From Gammaproteobacteria bacterium (GTDB lineage: Bacteria; Pseudomonadota; Gammaproteobacteria; Steroidobacterales; Rariloculaceae), in assembly GCA_036563665.1 (NCBI GenBank), contig DATCLY010000093.1:117702-181701 (forward strand): DNA of 64,000 nucleotides, written 5' to 3'. A program made the position numbers and the translations under genes. Of the stretch, positions 27,902 to 38,728 are shown in pieces. The notes beneath the pieces are model-generated. The model saw only the letters and a list, made by a program, of their open reading frames with translations, made no database searches and had not been told where the DNA came from. Positions within the stretch are counted from its first letter, which is position 1. Each line of letters opens with the position of its first letter.

Positions 27902-28129
27902 TCAGAAGCAGTAGTTCCAAAGATCCAGGACGATGTAGCTCGCCCCCGCGGTGAGGGCGCCGGCCAACGCCCCCGTCGGCGCGCCGACGACCGTGAGGGA
28001 GCCCATCATGGCGCCCGCGACGGCGCCGCCGAGCATGTGACCGCCGAGCTCCGTCCACGTGAATCCCCCGGCGACCTGCGCGACTTCCTCCGCGCTGAGC
28101 TCCCTGATGCTGCTTGCTGCGCACTCCAT
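27902..28129 (-). CDS. Double-glycine-leader peptide (class II microcin/bacteriocin-like precursor)
   Basis: A 75-aa ORF with a strong SD (AAGGAGGAG) 6 nt before the ATG. The leader MECAASSIRELSAEEVAQVAGG fits the LSxxELxxIxGG consensus. The 53-aa core is Gly/Ala-rich with GxxxG-type spacing (FTWTELGGHMLGGAVAGAMMGSLTVVGAPTGALAGALTAGASYIVLDLWNYCF). Confidence 0.75.
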   Translation of the reverse strand: MECAASSIRELSAEEVAQVAGGFTWTELGGHMLGGAVAGAMMGSLTVVGAPTGALAGALTAGASYIVLDLWNYCF

Positions 28130-28188
28130 GCTGGCTCCTCCTTGCCCTGGTGAAACCTGCCCGTTCCTCCTGGAGCGGGTCCAACGGA

Positions 28189-29598
28189 TTACACGCGAAG
28201 GAGGGCGTGGACGCAGCCTGCGAAACTCGCGCTTTCGCGGTCATTCACGCGATCGCGCCCGGGGTCGGAGGAACGGACGCGCACGCGGCGGAACGCGCTC
28301 AGCCCGAGCATGAGCGCGGCCTCTCCGCCCGCGCGGAAGAACGCGAGCGAGAGCTGCGGCAGCGGCGAGCGCAGCACGAAGCCGCGGACGGCGTCGCGCT
28401 CGAGGTCGACGGCGAGCGTCGGTCCTCCCTGCTCGCGCCCGATCTCGCAGCGCAGCCCGGCGCCCACCGCGGACACGGCGACGACGCCGCGTCCGGGGCC
28501 GATGTAGACGCCGGTCCAGTCGCCGGGCTCGAAATCGAGCCGGGGCGCCGGGACCTCTGGCTCCGGGATGCGCAGCACGTCGCGATAGAGGGCTTCGAGC
28601 AGCCGGTCGCGCAGCGGCGGCGACACGGCGTTCATCCCCACCGCGGCCGCGATGCCGGTCGCGGGGTCGAAGCGCAGCGCGACGCACTGCCCGCGCGTGA
28701 GGCCGGTAGCGCCGTAGCGGCCGCCGCGCAGGTGGGCGGCGCCGAGCCCGAACGCGGTCGGCAGCAGCTCGCTCAGCGGACCGCCGAATGCCGGCGGCAG
28801 GCGGATGGCCTCGCGCACGAGGAGGCCGACGGAGGCACGCGACAGCCAGGCGCAGCGGCCGCGTCCCGCTTCGACTGCCGCGCGGGCGATCGCGGCGAGG
28901 TCGCGCGCCGACAACGTGAAGCTCGAGAATGCAGGCACCCAGAAGGGGCTCGGGGCCGCCACCGGCGCGAGCGGCGCGAGCCTGCCCAACGCCGCGTCGT
29001 ACTCGTGGTGCCCGGCGCTCGAGCCGTCGCCGAGCGATCCGGGCACGATCTCGAGCGGCTCGAGCACGCGGTCCCGCACGAGCGCGAGACAGGGCGTTCC
29101 CGTGACGCGCTCCAGCACCGCCCCGAGCAGCACTGCCTCGGTGTGCTCGTAGGAGAAGGCCGTGCCCGGCTCGAAGAGCTGCGGCGCGGCGCGCAGATAG
29201 GCGACGAACGACGGCCAATCGAGCGAGCGCGTCTGCGGGTCGAGGATGCTCGTGCCGCGATAGCCGCTCGTGTGCGACAGCAGGTGCTCGACGCGCACCT
29301 TCGCGCCGACCGTGCTCCCGCGCAGCTCCGGCAGGTAGTCGCGGAGCGGCGCGTCGAGCGTGAGCGCGCGCGTGTGATGGAGCTCGAGCGCCACGAGCGC
29401 GAGCAGCAGCTTGGTCACGCAGCCGGCGTGGAAGCGGTGGGCGGGCCCGAGCGGCGCATCGGCGCCGAGCGCGCGCACGCCCGCGCAAGCCTCCGCCGCT
29501 CCGCGGTCGGTGGACAGCGCGACGGCGATGCCCGGGACGCCGCTCTGGCGTTGCACCGCCGCGGTGAACGCGCGGAGCTCCTGTCGTATCGCCTCCAT
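28189..29598 (-). CDS. Beta-lactamase-fold (PF00144-type serine hydrolase family) protein with Cys in the SxxK position, no signal peptide
   Basis: A 469-aa protein with the family patterns FHAG-C-VTK-LLLA (codon TGC at 29419-29421), LLSHTSGY and PGTAFSYEHTEAVLLGAVLERVTG. Confidence 0.75.
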   Translation of the reverse strand: MEAIRQELRAFTAAVQRQSGVPGIAVALSTDRGAAEACAGVRALGADAPLGPAHRFHAGCVTKLLLALVALELHHTRALTLDAPLRDYLPELRGSTVGAKVRVEHLLSHTSGYRGTSILDPQTRSLDWPSFVAYLRAAPQLFEPGTAFSYEHTEAVLLGAVLERVTGTPCLALVRDRVLEPLEIVPGSLGDGSSAGHHEYDAALGRLAPLAPVAAPSPFWVPAFSSFTLSARDLAAIARAAVEAGRGRCAWLSRASVGLLVREAIRLPPAFGGPLSELLPTAFGLGAAHLRGGRYGATGLTRGQCVALRFDPATGIAAAVGMNAVSPPLRDRLLEALYRDVLRIPEPEVPAPRLDFEPGDWTGVYIGPGRGVVAVSAVGAGLRCEIGREQGGPTLAVDLERDAVRGFVLRSPLPQLSLAFFRAGGEAALMLGLSAFRRVRVRSSDPGRDRVNDRESASFAGCVHALLRV

Positions 29599-29817
29599 GC
29601 GACTGCCCTCCGTCTCCCGCGCGATTGTGGGACGCGCGAGCCGGAGGATCAGGCGGCGTTTCGCGCCCGTCCCGCCAAGAACTGCGTGGCGTACCCCGTT
29701 TCTGCGCGAAGCGCCCGACTTAGCCGCGCCGCAAGCAACGGCGGCGTGGCTCGCATGTGCCTCGCGGCCTGATAACTCGTCGCGTGCGTCTCTGAAGACC
29801 GCGGAAAGAACGTTTTC

Positions 29818-30696
29818 CTACGGCGGTGACGCTGGCGGGTGGAACCGCATCGAGAAATCGATGGCGGTGACGTGCTTGGTCAGCGCGCCCACGGACACGA
29901 AGTCGACGCCCGTCTCGGCGATGGCTCGCAGGCGATCCAGTGAGACGCTGCCGGACGCTTCGAGCTCCTTGCGCCGTTGCGGATGGCGGTTGCGCAGCTC
30001 GACGGCGCGCCGCATGTCCTCGAGCGAGAAGTCGTCGAGCATGATGCGGTCCGCGTCCGTGTCGAGCGCCTCGCGCAGCTCGTCGAGATTCTCGACCTCC
30101 ACCTCGATGGGGATCGCGGGCGTGCTGCGCCGCGCGGCGGCGACGGCGGCCGCGACGCCGCCGGCCGCGGCGATGTGGTTCTCCTTGATGAGCACGCCGT
30201 CGTAGAGCCCCATGCGGTGATTGGTGCCGCCGCCCACCCGCACGGCGTACTTCTGCGCGCGGCGCAGCCCCGGCACGGTCTTGCGCGTGTCGAGCACGCG
30301 GCAGCCGGTGCCAGCGAGCGCCTGCGCGTAGCGCCGCGCGACGGTGGCCGTGCCGGAGAGGGTCTGCAGGAAGTTGAGCGCCGTGCGCTCGCCCGTGAGG
30401 ATCTGCCGCGCCGGGCCCTCGAGCTCGCACACGGTGGTGCCGGAGCGCACGTCGTCGCCGTCGCGGCAACGCCAGCGCACCGTGATCGAGGGCTCGAGCC
30501 GGCGGAACACCTCGTCGAACCAAGCGGTGCCGCAGAGCACCGCGTCTTCCTTCGCGACCACGGACGCGCGCGCCCGCGTGGCCGGCGCGATGAGCGCGGC
30601 CGTGACGTCGCCCGCGCCCACGTCCTCCTCGAGCGCCCGTGCCACCACGGCGGCTATGTCGGGCGGCAGGGGAACTGCTGGCTCCTGGGTGGTCAA
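29818..30696 (-). CDS. nadC: Nicotinate-nucleotide pyrophosphorylase (quinolinate phosphoribosyltransferase)
   Basis: It has NadC motifs (LEEDVGAGDVT, GERTALNFLQ, DTRKT.PGLR, KYAVRVGGG.NHR, IEVEVENLDE). Confidence 0.95.
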   Translation of the reverse strand: MTTQEPAVPLPPDIAAVVARALEEDVGAGDVTAALIAPATRARASVVAKEDAVLCGTAWFDEVFRRLEPSITVRWRCRDGDDVRSGTTVCELEGPARQILTGERTALNFLQTLSGTATVARRYAQALAGTGCRVLDTRKTVPGLRRAQKYAVRVGGGTNHRMGLYDGVLIKENHIAAAGGVAAAVAAARRSTPAIPIEVEVENLDELREALDTDADRIMLDDFSLEDMRRAVELRNRHPQRRKELEASGSVSLDRLRAIAETGVDFVSVGALTKHVTAIDFSMRFHPPASPP

Positions 30697-30776
30697 AGCT
30701 TCGGTCCTCCGTGACCTAAAAAAAGACCCGGGGAGGCGTTCCTGCCCGGGTCCGGGATGCGGTTTGGGCGATCAGC

Positions 30777-31379
30777 TTACAGGAAGAACCCGCCATGGCC
30801 GTAGCCCACCATGCTCATGAGCATGGGTATGGAGAGCACGGTGTTCACGCGGGAGGCGATGAACGCCACGCGGCGGGCCTTGGCGATCTGCTCGGCCGTG
30901 GCCTCCACGAGGCCCAGCACCTTCTTCTGGTTTGGCCAGATGAGCACCCACACGTTGAACAGCATGATGGTGCCGAGCCAGGCGCCCACGCCGATCACGA
31001 AGGCGGTGTCCGGCGAGGTCTCGAGGAGGCCGAGCGCGAACGCGTCGTCGAGCAGGCCGATGCGGAGCAGATAGCTCGCGCCGGACAGCCAGGTGACCAC
31101 GGCGCCCCAGCGGAACCACGCGAGCGCCCGTGGCGCCACGTACTTGGTGATGCCGGCGCCGCCGGGGCCGCCCTGGTCGGCCGCCGCGGCCGCGAGGGCC
31201 GGCACCTGCACGAAGTTGAAGTAGTACAGCATGCCGATCCAGACGATGCCGGCCATCACGTGGATCCAGATGATGAGGCTCGGCTCGTTCCAGTCCACGC
31301 CCATGGAGATGAGCGCGATGATCACGGCGAGCACCACGCCAGTGGCAATCGTGCCGTTGATGGTATTCAGTGGATTCAT
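30777..31379 (-). CDS. Conserved integral membrane protein (about 5 TM)
   Basis: A 200-aa hydrophobic ORF (IIWIHVMAGIVWIGMLYYFNFVQ ... IMLFNVWVLIWPNQKK). No firm family assignment is possible. Confidence 0.6.
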   Translation of the reverse strand: MNPLNTINGTIATGVVLAVIIALISMGVDWNEPSLIIWIHVMAGIVWIGMLYYFNFVQVPALAAAAADQGGPGGAGITKYVAPRALAWFRWGAVVTWLSGASYLLRIGLLDDAFALGLLETSPDTAFVIGVGAWLGTIMLFNVWVLIWPNQKKVLGLVEATAEQIAKARRVAFIASRVNTVLSIPMLMSMVGYGHGGFFL

Positions 31380-31546
31380 GCCATCTCCCCTTTGCGGAGG
31401 CTTGTTGTGTGTTATTGGGCTTGCCCCGACCCCCGGGACTAGCGAAGAATAGGTGAGAGGGCGGTGCAGTTCAACGCTTGCAACCGAGAGAGAATTTCTA
31501 TCCGGGCAAGCGTTTAGGCGTGCAACCGCAGGAGGATTGCCACGCG

Positions 31547-31879
31547 ATGGACGTGAACGAACGCATCAAGAAGCAGCTCGAGTCGTATCCCGTGCTGCTC
31601 TACATGAAAGGGACCCCGGATTTCCCGCAGTGCGGGTTTTCCGCTCGTACCGTGGCGGCACTACGCGAGGTCGGCGCGCGGTTCGCGTACGTGAACATCT
31701 TCGAGGACCCGGAGCTCCGCGAGGGGTTGAAGCGGTACTCGAACTGGCCCACGTATCCGCAGCTCTACATCAACGGCGAGCTCATCGGCGGCTGCGACAT
31801 CACGCTCGAGCTCTACGAGTCGGGCGAGCTCAAGCAGCTCCTCGAGCGCGCCGGCGCCCTGGAACCCGCCGCCACCTAG
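31547..31879 (+). CDS. grxD: Monothiol glutaredoxin Grx4/GrxD
   Basis: It has the CGFS active site (GTPDFPQCGFS) and the motifs WPTYPQLYI.GELIGG.D. GGAGGA lies upstream. Confidence 0.95.
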   Translation: MDVNERIKKQLESYPVLLYMKGTPDFPQCGFSARTVAALREVGARFAYVNIFEDPELREGLKRYSNWPTYPQLYINGELIGGCDITLELYESGELKQLLERAGALEPAAT

Positions 31880-31895
31880 GAGCGGGCAGCCGCCG

Positions 31896-32558
31896 CTACT
31901 CCACCGGCGTGTAGAACGGGCGGAAGCGGTTCACCACCTCGCAGAAGACCTTGGCGGTCATCTCGGCGTCGTAGAGCGCCGAGTGCGCGCGCGATTCGTC
32001 CCATTCGAGCCCCAGCGCCGCCACGGCCTTCGACAGCACGGTCTGCCCGAACGCCACCCCCGCGAGCGTCACCGTGTCGAAGCTCGAGAACGGGTGGAAC
32101 GGGTTGCGCTTCACCTGTGCGCGCGCCACGGCGGCATTCAGGAACTGCAGGTCGAAGAACGAGTTGTGGCCCACGAGGATGGCGCGCGTGCAGCTCTGCG
32201 CCTTCATCTCCTTGCGGATCTCGCGGAACAGCCGCTTGAGCGCCTCGCCCTCGTCGAGCGCGGGCCGCAGCGGATGCCACGGATCGATGCCCGTCACCTC
32301 GAGCGACGCGGGCTCGAGGTTGGCGCCGGGGAACGGCTTCACGAGATAACGCGTGGGCTCGCCCGGCACGAGCAGGCCGTCGGCCGTCATCCTGAGCATG
32401 ACCGACGCCACCTCGAGCAGCGCGTCCGTGGCCGGGTTGAAGCCGCCGGTCTCCACGTCGATCACCACCGGCAGGAAGCCTCGGAAGCGCTTCGCGATGG
32501 GGTGCTCGGCCGGGACGACCGCTTCCAGGCCGTCGTCGGTCTCGTCGTTCTCGATCAC
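31896..32558 (-). CDS. rnt: Ribonuclease T
   Basis: It has DEDDh exonuclease motifs (VVIDVETGGF, LVGHNSFFD, HSALYDAE). The GTG start overlaps the upstream stop (GTGA). Confidence 0.9.
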   Translation of the reverse strand: MIENDETDDGLEAVVPAEHPIAKRFRGFLPVVIDVETGGFNPATDALLEVASVMLRMTADGLLVPGEPTRYLVKPFPGANLEPASLEVTGIDPWHPLRPALDEGEALKRLFREIRKEMKAQSCTRAILVGHNSFFDLQFLNAAVARAQVKRNPFHPFSSFDTVTLAGVAFGQTVLSKAVAALGLEWDESRAHSALYDAEMTAKVFCEVVNRFRPFYTPVE

Positions 32559-34150
32559 GTTTGCAGCTTCTTCGCGAGATCCGCGGGCCCGGCGCTCTGC
32601 TCGTGCAGCAGCGCGAGCGTGAAGCGCACGCCGAACCCCGTGATCTCGGTGGGCACGTGGGCGAGGCCGCCCTTGTGCTGCGCGGCGCTCAGATCGACGT
32701 GCAGCCAGGGAATGTCGTGCGGCACGAACCGCGACAGGAAACGCGCCGCGAGGATGTGATCCCCGCGGCCGTCGTCGTGGCACTGCTTCACGTCGGCGAT
32801 GTCGCTCTTCAGCGGCTCGTCGAAGTCCTCGTCCAGCGGGAAGGTCCACACGCGCTCGCCGCTCGCGGCGCCCGCCTGGCGCACGATGTCGTGGGCGGCC
32901 GCGCGGTTGGTGAACACGCCCGAGTAGCGCTCGGTCAGCGCATAGATGCAGGCGCCGGTGAGCGTCGCATAGTCGATGATGAGCTCGGGCTTCTCGCGCG
33001 CGGCGAGCGCGAGCGCGTCGGCGAGCGCCATGCGGCCCTCGGCGTCGGTGTGGATGACCTGGATGCTCACGCCGTTAGCGGCGCGCACGACGTCCTGCGG
33101 CTTGTAGGCCGTGGGCGAGATACGGTTCTCGCTCAACGCCAGCCAGGCGTCCACGGCGTACGGCGCCTCGAGCTCGGCGAGCGCCGCGAGCGTGCCGAGC
33201 GCCACGGCGCTGCCCTGCATGTCGAGGTGCATGTCGAGCATGTCCTTGAAGGGCTTGAGGTTGGTGCCGCCGGTGTCGAACAGGATGCCTTTGCCCACGA
33301 GCGCGAGCTCGGGGCGCGCCCCCGCGCCGTTCGGTCGGTAGGAGAGCCGCAGCAGCCCTGCGTCCCGGGTCGCGTTGCCCTGGGCCACCGCGAGAAAGGC
33401 GCCCGCGCCGAGCTTCTCGAGCTCGCGCTCGTCGAGGAACTCGGCGGAGATCGACCAGCGGCGCACGAGCCGCTCGGCCGCGTCGCGGTAGGCGGCGGCG
33501 GTCAGCACGTTGGGCGGCAGCGCCGTGAACCAGCGGGCGATGTTGTTGCCCAGGCCCGCGGCACGCGGCACGCGCAGATCGAGCCGCGGCCCGCCGGCGA
33601 GGGTCAGCGATGCGAGCCGGGGCGGTGCCTTGCGCTCGCTCTTGAAGACGGGCAGCGCGAACGCCGCGACGTCCGCCGCCGCCACGACGGCCTCGAGGGC
33701 GGCCGCGCGCAGGGCGTCGTCGAGCCCCAAAGCGAGGGCGCAGGCCCGCTTCGCGCCCTCGCGCCCGAGCTCGCCCACCAGCTGCCGCGCCCACGTGAGG
33801 TTCGCGAACGTGCTCTTACGCTCGAATACCGCGGCCGTCACGGCCGTGCCGCGCGCGTTCGCGAGACGCGTGGTGACGTGGGTCGCGCCGCGGCTCTCGG
33901 CTTGCTGCAGCAGGCGCTCGAGGTGGCGCCCTTGCGGTACCGAGCGGAACAGCGCGGAGGGCGGCGACGGCGGCAGAACCACGAGGACATGATCCATGGA
34001 ATCGAACAACGCGCGGCTCGATTCCCGGGGGCTCTGAGAAACGCGAAGCGGCAGAAAGTCGGGCAGCTCGATCAAGTGCAAGCTCGCGTTTTTCAAGTGC
34101 GTAGCGGCCACCGAGAGGCGCTTGGGCTTGCCTTGACCATCCTCCGGCAA
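32555..34150 (-). CDS. M17 leucyl-aminopeptidase-family protein (start uncertain)
   Basis: It has the M17 catalytic core (VGKGILFDTGGTNLKP, MQGSA, HTDAEGR, DYATLTGA). The N-terminal domain is divergent. Confidence 0.8.
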   Translation of the reverse strand: MPEDGQGKPKRLSVAATHLKNASLHLIELPDFLPLRVSQSPRESSRALFDSMDHVLVVLPPSPPSALFRSVPQGRHLERLLQQAESRGATHVTTRLANARGTAVTAAVFERKSTFANLTWARQLVGELGREGAKRACALALGLDDALRAAALEAVVAAADVAAFALPVFKSERKAPPRLASLTLAGGPRLDLRVPRAAGLGNNIARWFTALPPNVLTAAAYRDAAERLVRRWSISAEFLDERELEKLGAGAFLAVAQGNATRDAGLLRLSYRPNGAGARPELALVGKGILFDTGGTNLKPFKDMLDMHLDMQGSAVALGTLAALAELEAPYAVDAWLALSENRISPTAYKPQDVVRAANGVSIQVIHTDAEGRMALADALALAAREKPELIIDYATLTGACIYALTERYSGVFTNRAAAHDIVRQAGAASGERVWTFPLDEDFDEPLKSDIADVKQCHDDGRGDHILAARFLSRFVPHDIPWLHVDLSAAQHKGGLAHVPTEITGFGVRFTLALLHEQSAGPADLAKKLQT

Positions 34151-34302
34151 ACCCCGATCATAGCGCGGCTAGGGTAAGCGGCTTGCCGCGAAGAGGCGGC
34201 CGCGCCTGCATCCTAACAGGAGCGATCCTTGAATTCACCTGCGCGGAAGCGCAATCCACGGATCGAAGACGCGCGCGCTCTCCCGAGCGCCAGGTGATTC
34301 CT

Positions 34303-37002
<2,700 letters not shown>

Positions 37003-37015
37003 TCGTCGGCCTGCC

Positions 37016-38728
37016 GTGGAAGTCGTCGTACCAGACCTCGGTGACTTTTCCAACGTCGAGATCGTCGACGTCCTCGTGAAGCCGGGCGACAAGGTCAAGC
37101 CCGAAGACCCGCTCATCACGCTCGAGACCGAGAAGGCGACGATGGACGTGCCGTCGCCGGCGGCCGGCCGCGTGAAAGAGCTCAAGATCGCGGTGGGCGA
37201 CCGCGTCTCGGCCGGCGATCCCATCATGTCGCTCGAGCCGGACGGCGAGGATCAACCCGAAGGCGACGGCGCGTCGGGCGCCGGCCGGGCGGCGCGGCCC
37301 GGCCGCGTGGAGCAGCCCGGCACGGAAACGGGCACCGCGTCCTCGCAGCCCGCGTCGACGCCCGCGCCGGAGACCGCGGGCGCACAGCCTCACCCGGCCA
37401 CGGGCGGCGGCGAGCCGCGCGTGATCGCCGTGCCCGACCTCGGCGATTTCGCGGACGTCGAGGTGGTGGACGTCCTGGTCAAGCCGGGCGACAGCGTCGC
37501 GGCGGAGCAGGGCCTCATCACGCTCGAGACCGAGAAGGCCACGATGGACGTGCCGACGCCCGAGGCCGGCACCGTGCTCGAAGTGAAGGTCGCGGTCGGC
37601 GACCGCGTGTCGACCGGCGATCCGGTGATCGTGCTGCGGCCCGCGCCGGGCACCGCGGCGACGCGGGCCGCTCCAGAGGCCGCGGCTCCGGAGCCCGCGC
37701 CCGCCGCGCCGCAGCCGCCGCCCGCGCCGCAGCCGCCCGCCGCGCCGCGCGCCGCCGCGCCCGAGGCGTCCGTCGAGCGCATCCGCCCGACCGACACGGC
37801 GCTGATCGACGAGGCGAGCTTCGCGCGCGCGCACGCGAGCCCGTCGGTGCGCAAGCTCGCGCGCGAGCTCGGCGTCGACCTCGGGCGCGTGCGCGGCAGC
37901 GGCCGCAAGGGCCGCGTGACGAGCGACGACGTCAAGGCGTACGTCAAGAACATCATGCGCGAGGTGGGCGGGGGCCGGGGCACGGCGCTGCCGTCCGTTC
38001 CCGTGGTCGACTTCGCCAAGTTCGGGCCCGTGGAGGTGCAGCCGCTCACGCGCATCCAGCGAGTCTCGGGCCCGCGCTTGCATGCGAGCTGGGTGAACAT
38101 CCCGCACGTCACGCAGCACGACGAGGCCGACATCACGGAGCTCGAGGAGACGCGCGCGTCGCTCAAGGAGCAGGCGGCGGCGCGCGGCATCAAGCTCACG
38201 CCGCTCGCCTTCGTGATCCGCGCCTGCGTGCTCGTGCTCGAGGAGTTCCCGCTGTTCAAGTCGTCGCTCGCGCCCGACGGGCAGAGCGTCGTCATGAAGC
38301 GTTACACCCACATCGGCTTCGCCGTGGACACGCCGAACGGGCTCGTCGTGCCCGTCATCCGCGATGCCGACAAGAAGGATCTCTACGAGATCGCGGCGGC
38401 GCTGGCCGAGCTCTCGGATCGCGCGCGCGAAGGGAAGCTCAAGCCCGACGACATCCAGGGCGGCGTGTTCAGCGTATCGAGCCTGGGTAGCATTGGCGGA
38501 CGGTTCTTCACGCCCATCATCAACGCGCCCGAGGTCGCGATCCTCGGCGTCTCTCGCAGCAGCTGGCAGCCGGTGTATCGGGACGGGCAGTTCGTGCCGC
38601 GGCTCATCCTGCCGCTGTCGCTCTCCTACGACCACCGCGTCATCGACGGCGCCGTGGCCGTGCGCTTCACGAAGCGCCTCGCCGAGGTCCTGGCCGACGT
38701 GCCGCGGCTGCTGGAGGCGATCCCGTGA
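37016..38728 (+). CDS. aceF: Dihydrolipoamide acetyltransferase E2 (two lipoyl domains)
   Basis: It has two lipoyl domains (LITLETEKATMDVP twice), a PSBD (SPSVRKLARELGVDL), and a catalytic DHRVIDGA. Confidence 0.95.
   Translation: MEVVVPDLGDFSNVEIVDVLVKPGDKVKPEDPLITLETEKATMDVPSPAAGRVKELKIAVGDRVSAGDPIMSLEPDGEDQPEGDGASGAGRAARPGRVEQPGTETGTASSQPASTPAPETAGAQPHPATGGGEPRVIAVPDLGDFADVEVVDVLVKPGDSVAAEQGLITLETEKATMDVPTPEAGTVLEVKVAVGDRVSTGDPVIVLRPAPGTAATRAAPEAAAPEPAPAAPQPPPAPQPPAAPRAAAPEASVERIRPTDTALIDEASFARAHASPSVRKLARELGVDLGRVRGSGRKGRVTSDDVKAYVKNIMREVGGGRGTALPSVPVVDFAKFGPVEVQPLTRIQRVSGPRLHASWVNIPHVTQHDEADITELEETRASLKEQAAARGIKLTPLAFVIRACVLVLEEFPLFKSSLAPDGQSVVMKRYTHIGFAVDTPNGLVVPVIRDADKKDLYEIAAALAELSDRAREGKLKPDDIQGGVFSVSSLGSIGGRFFTPIINAPEVAILGVSRSSWQPVYRDGQFVPRLILPLSLSYDHRVIDGAVAVRFTKRLAEVLADVPRLLEAIP

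Noticed and set aside
27846-28244. Alternative ORFs over the peptide locus: 132 aa on the minus strand in another frame, and 27854..28153(+), 99 aa antisense.
   Set aside because: Both are Arg-rich off-frame products without an RBS. The 75-aa frame has a strong SD and a textbook double-glycine leader.
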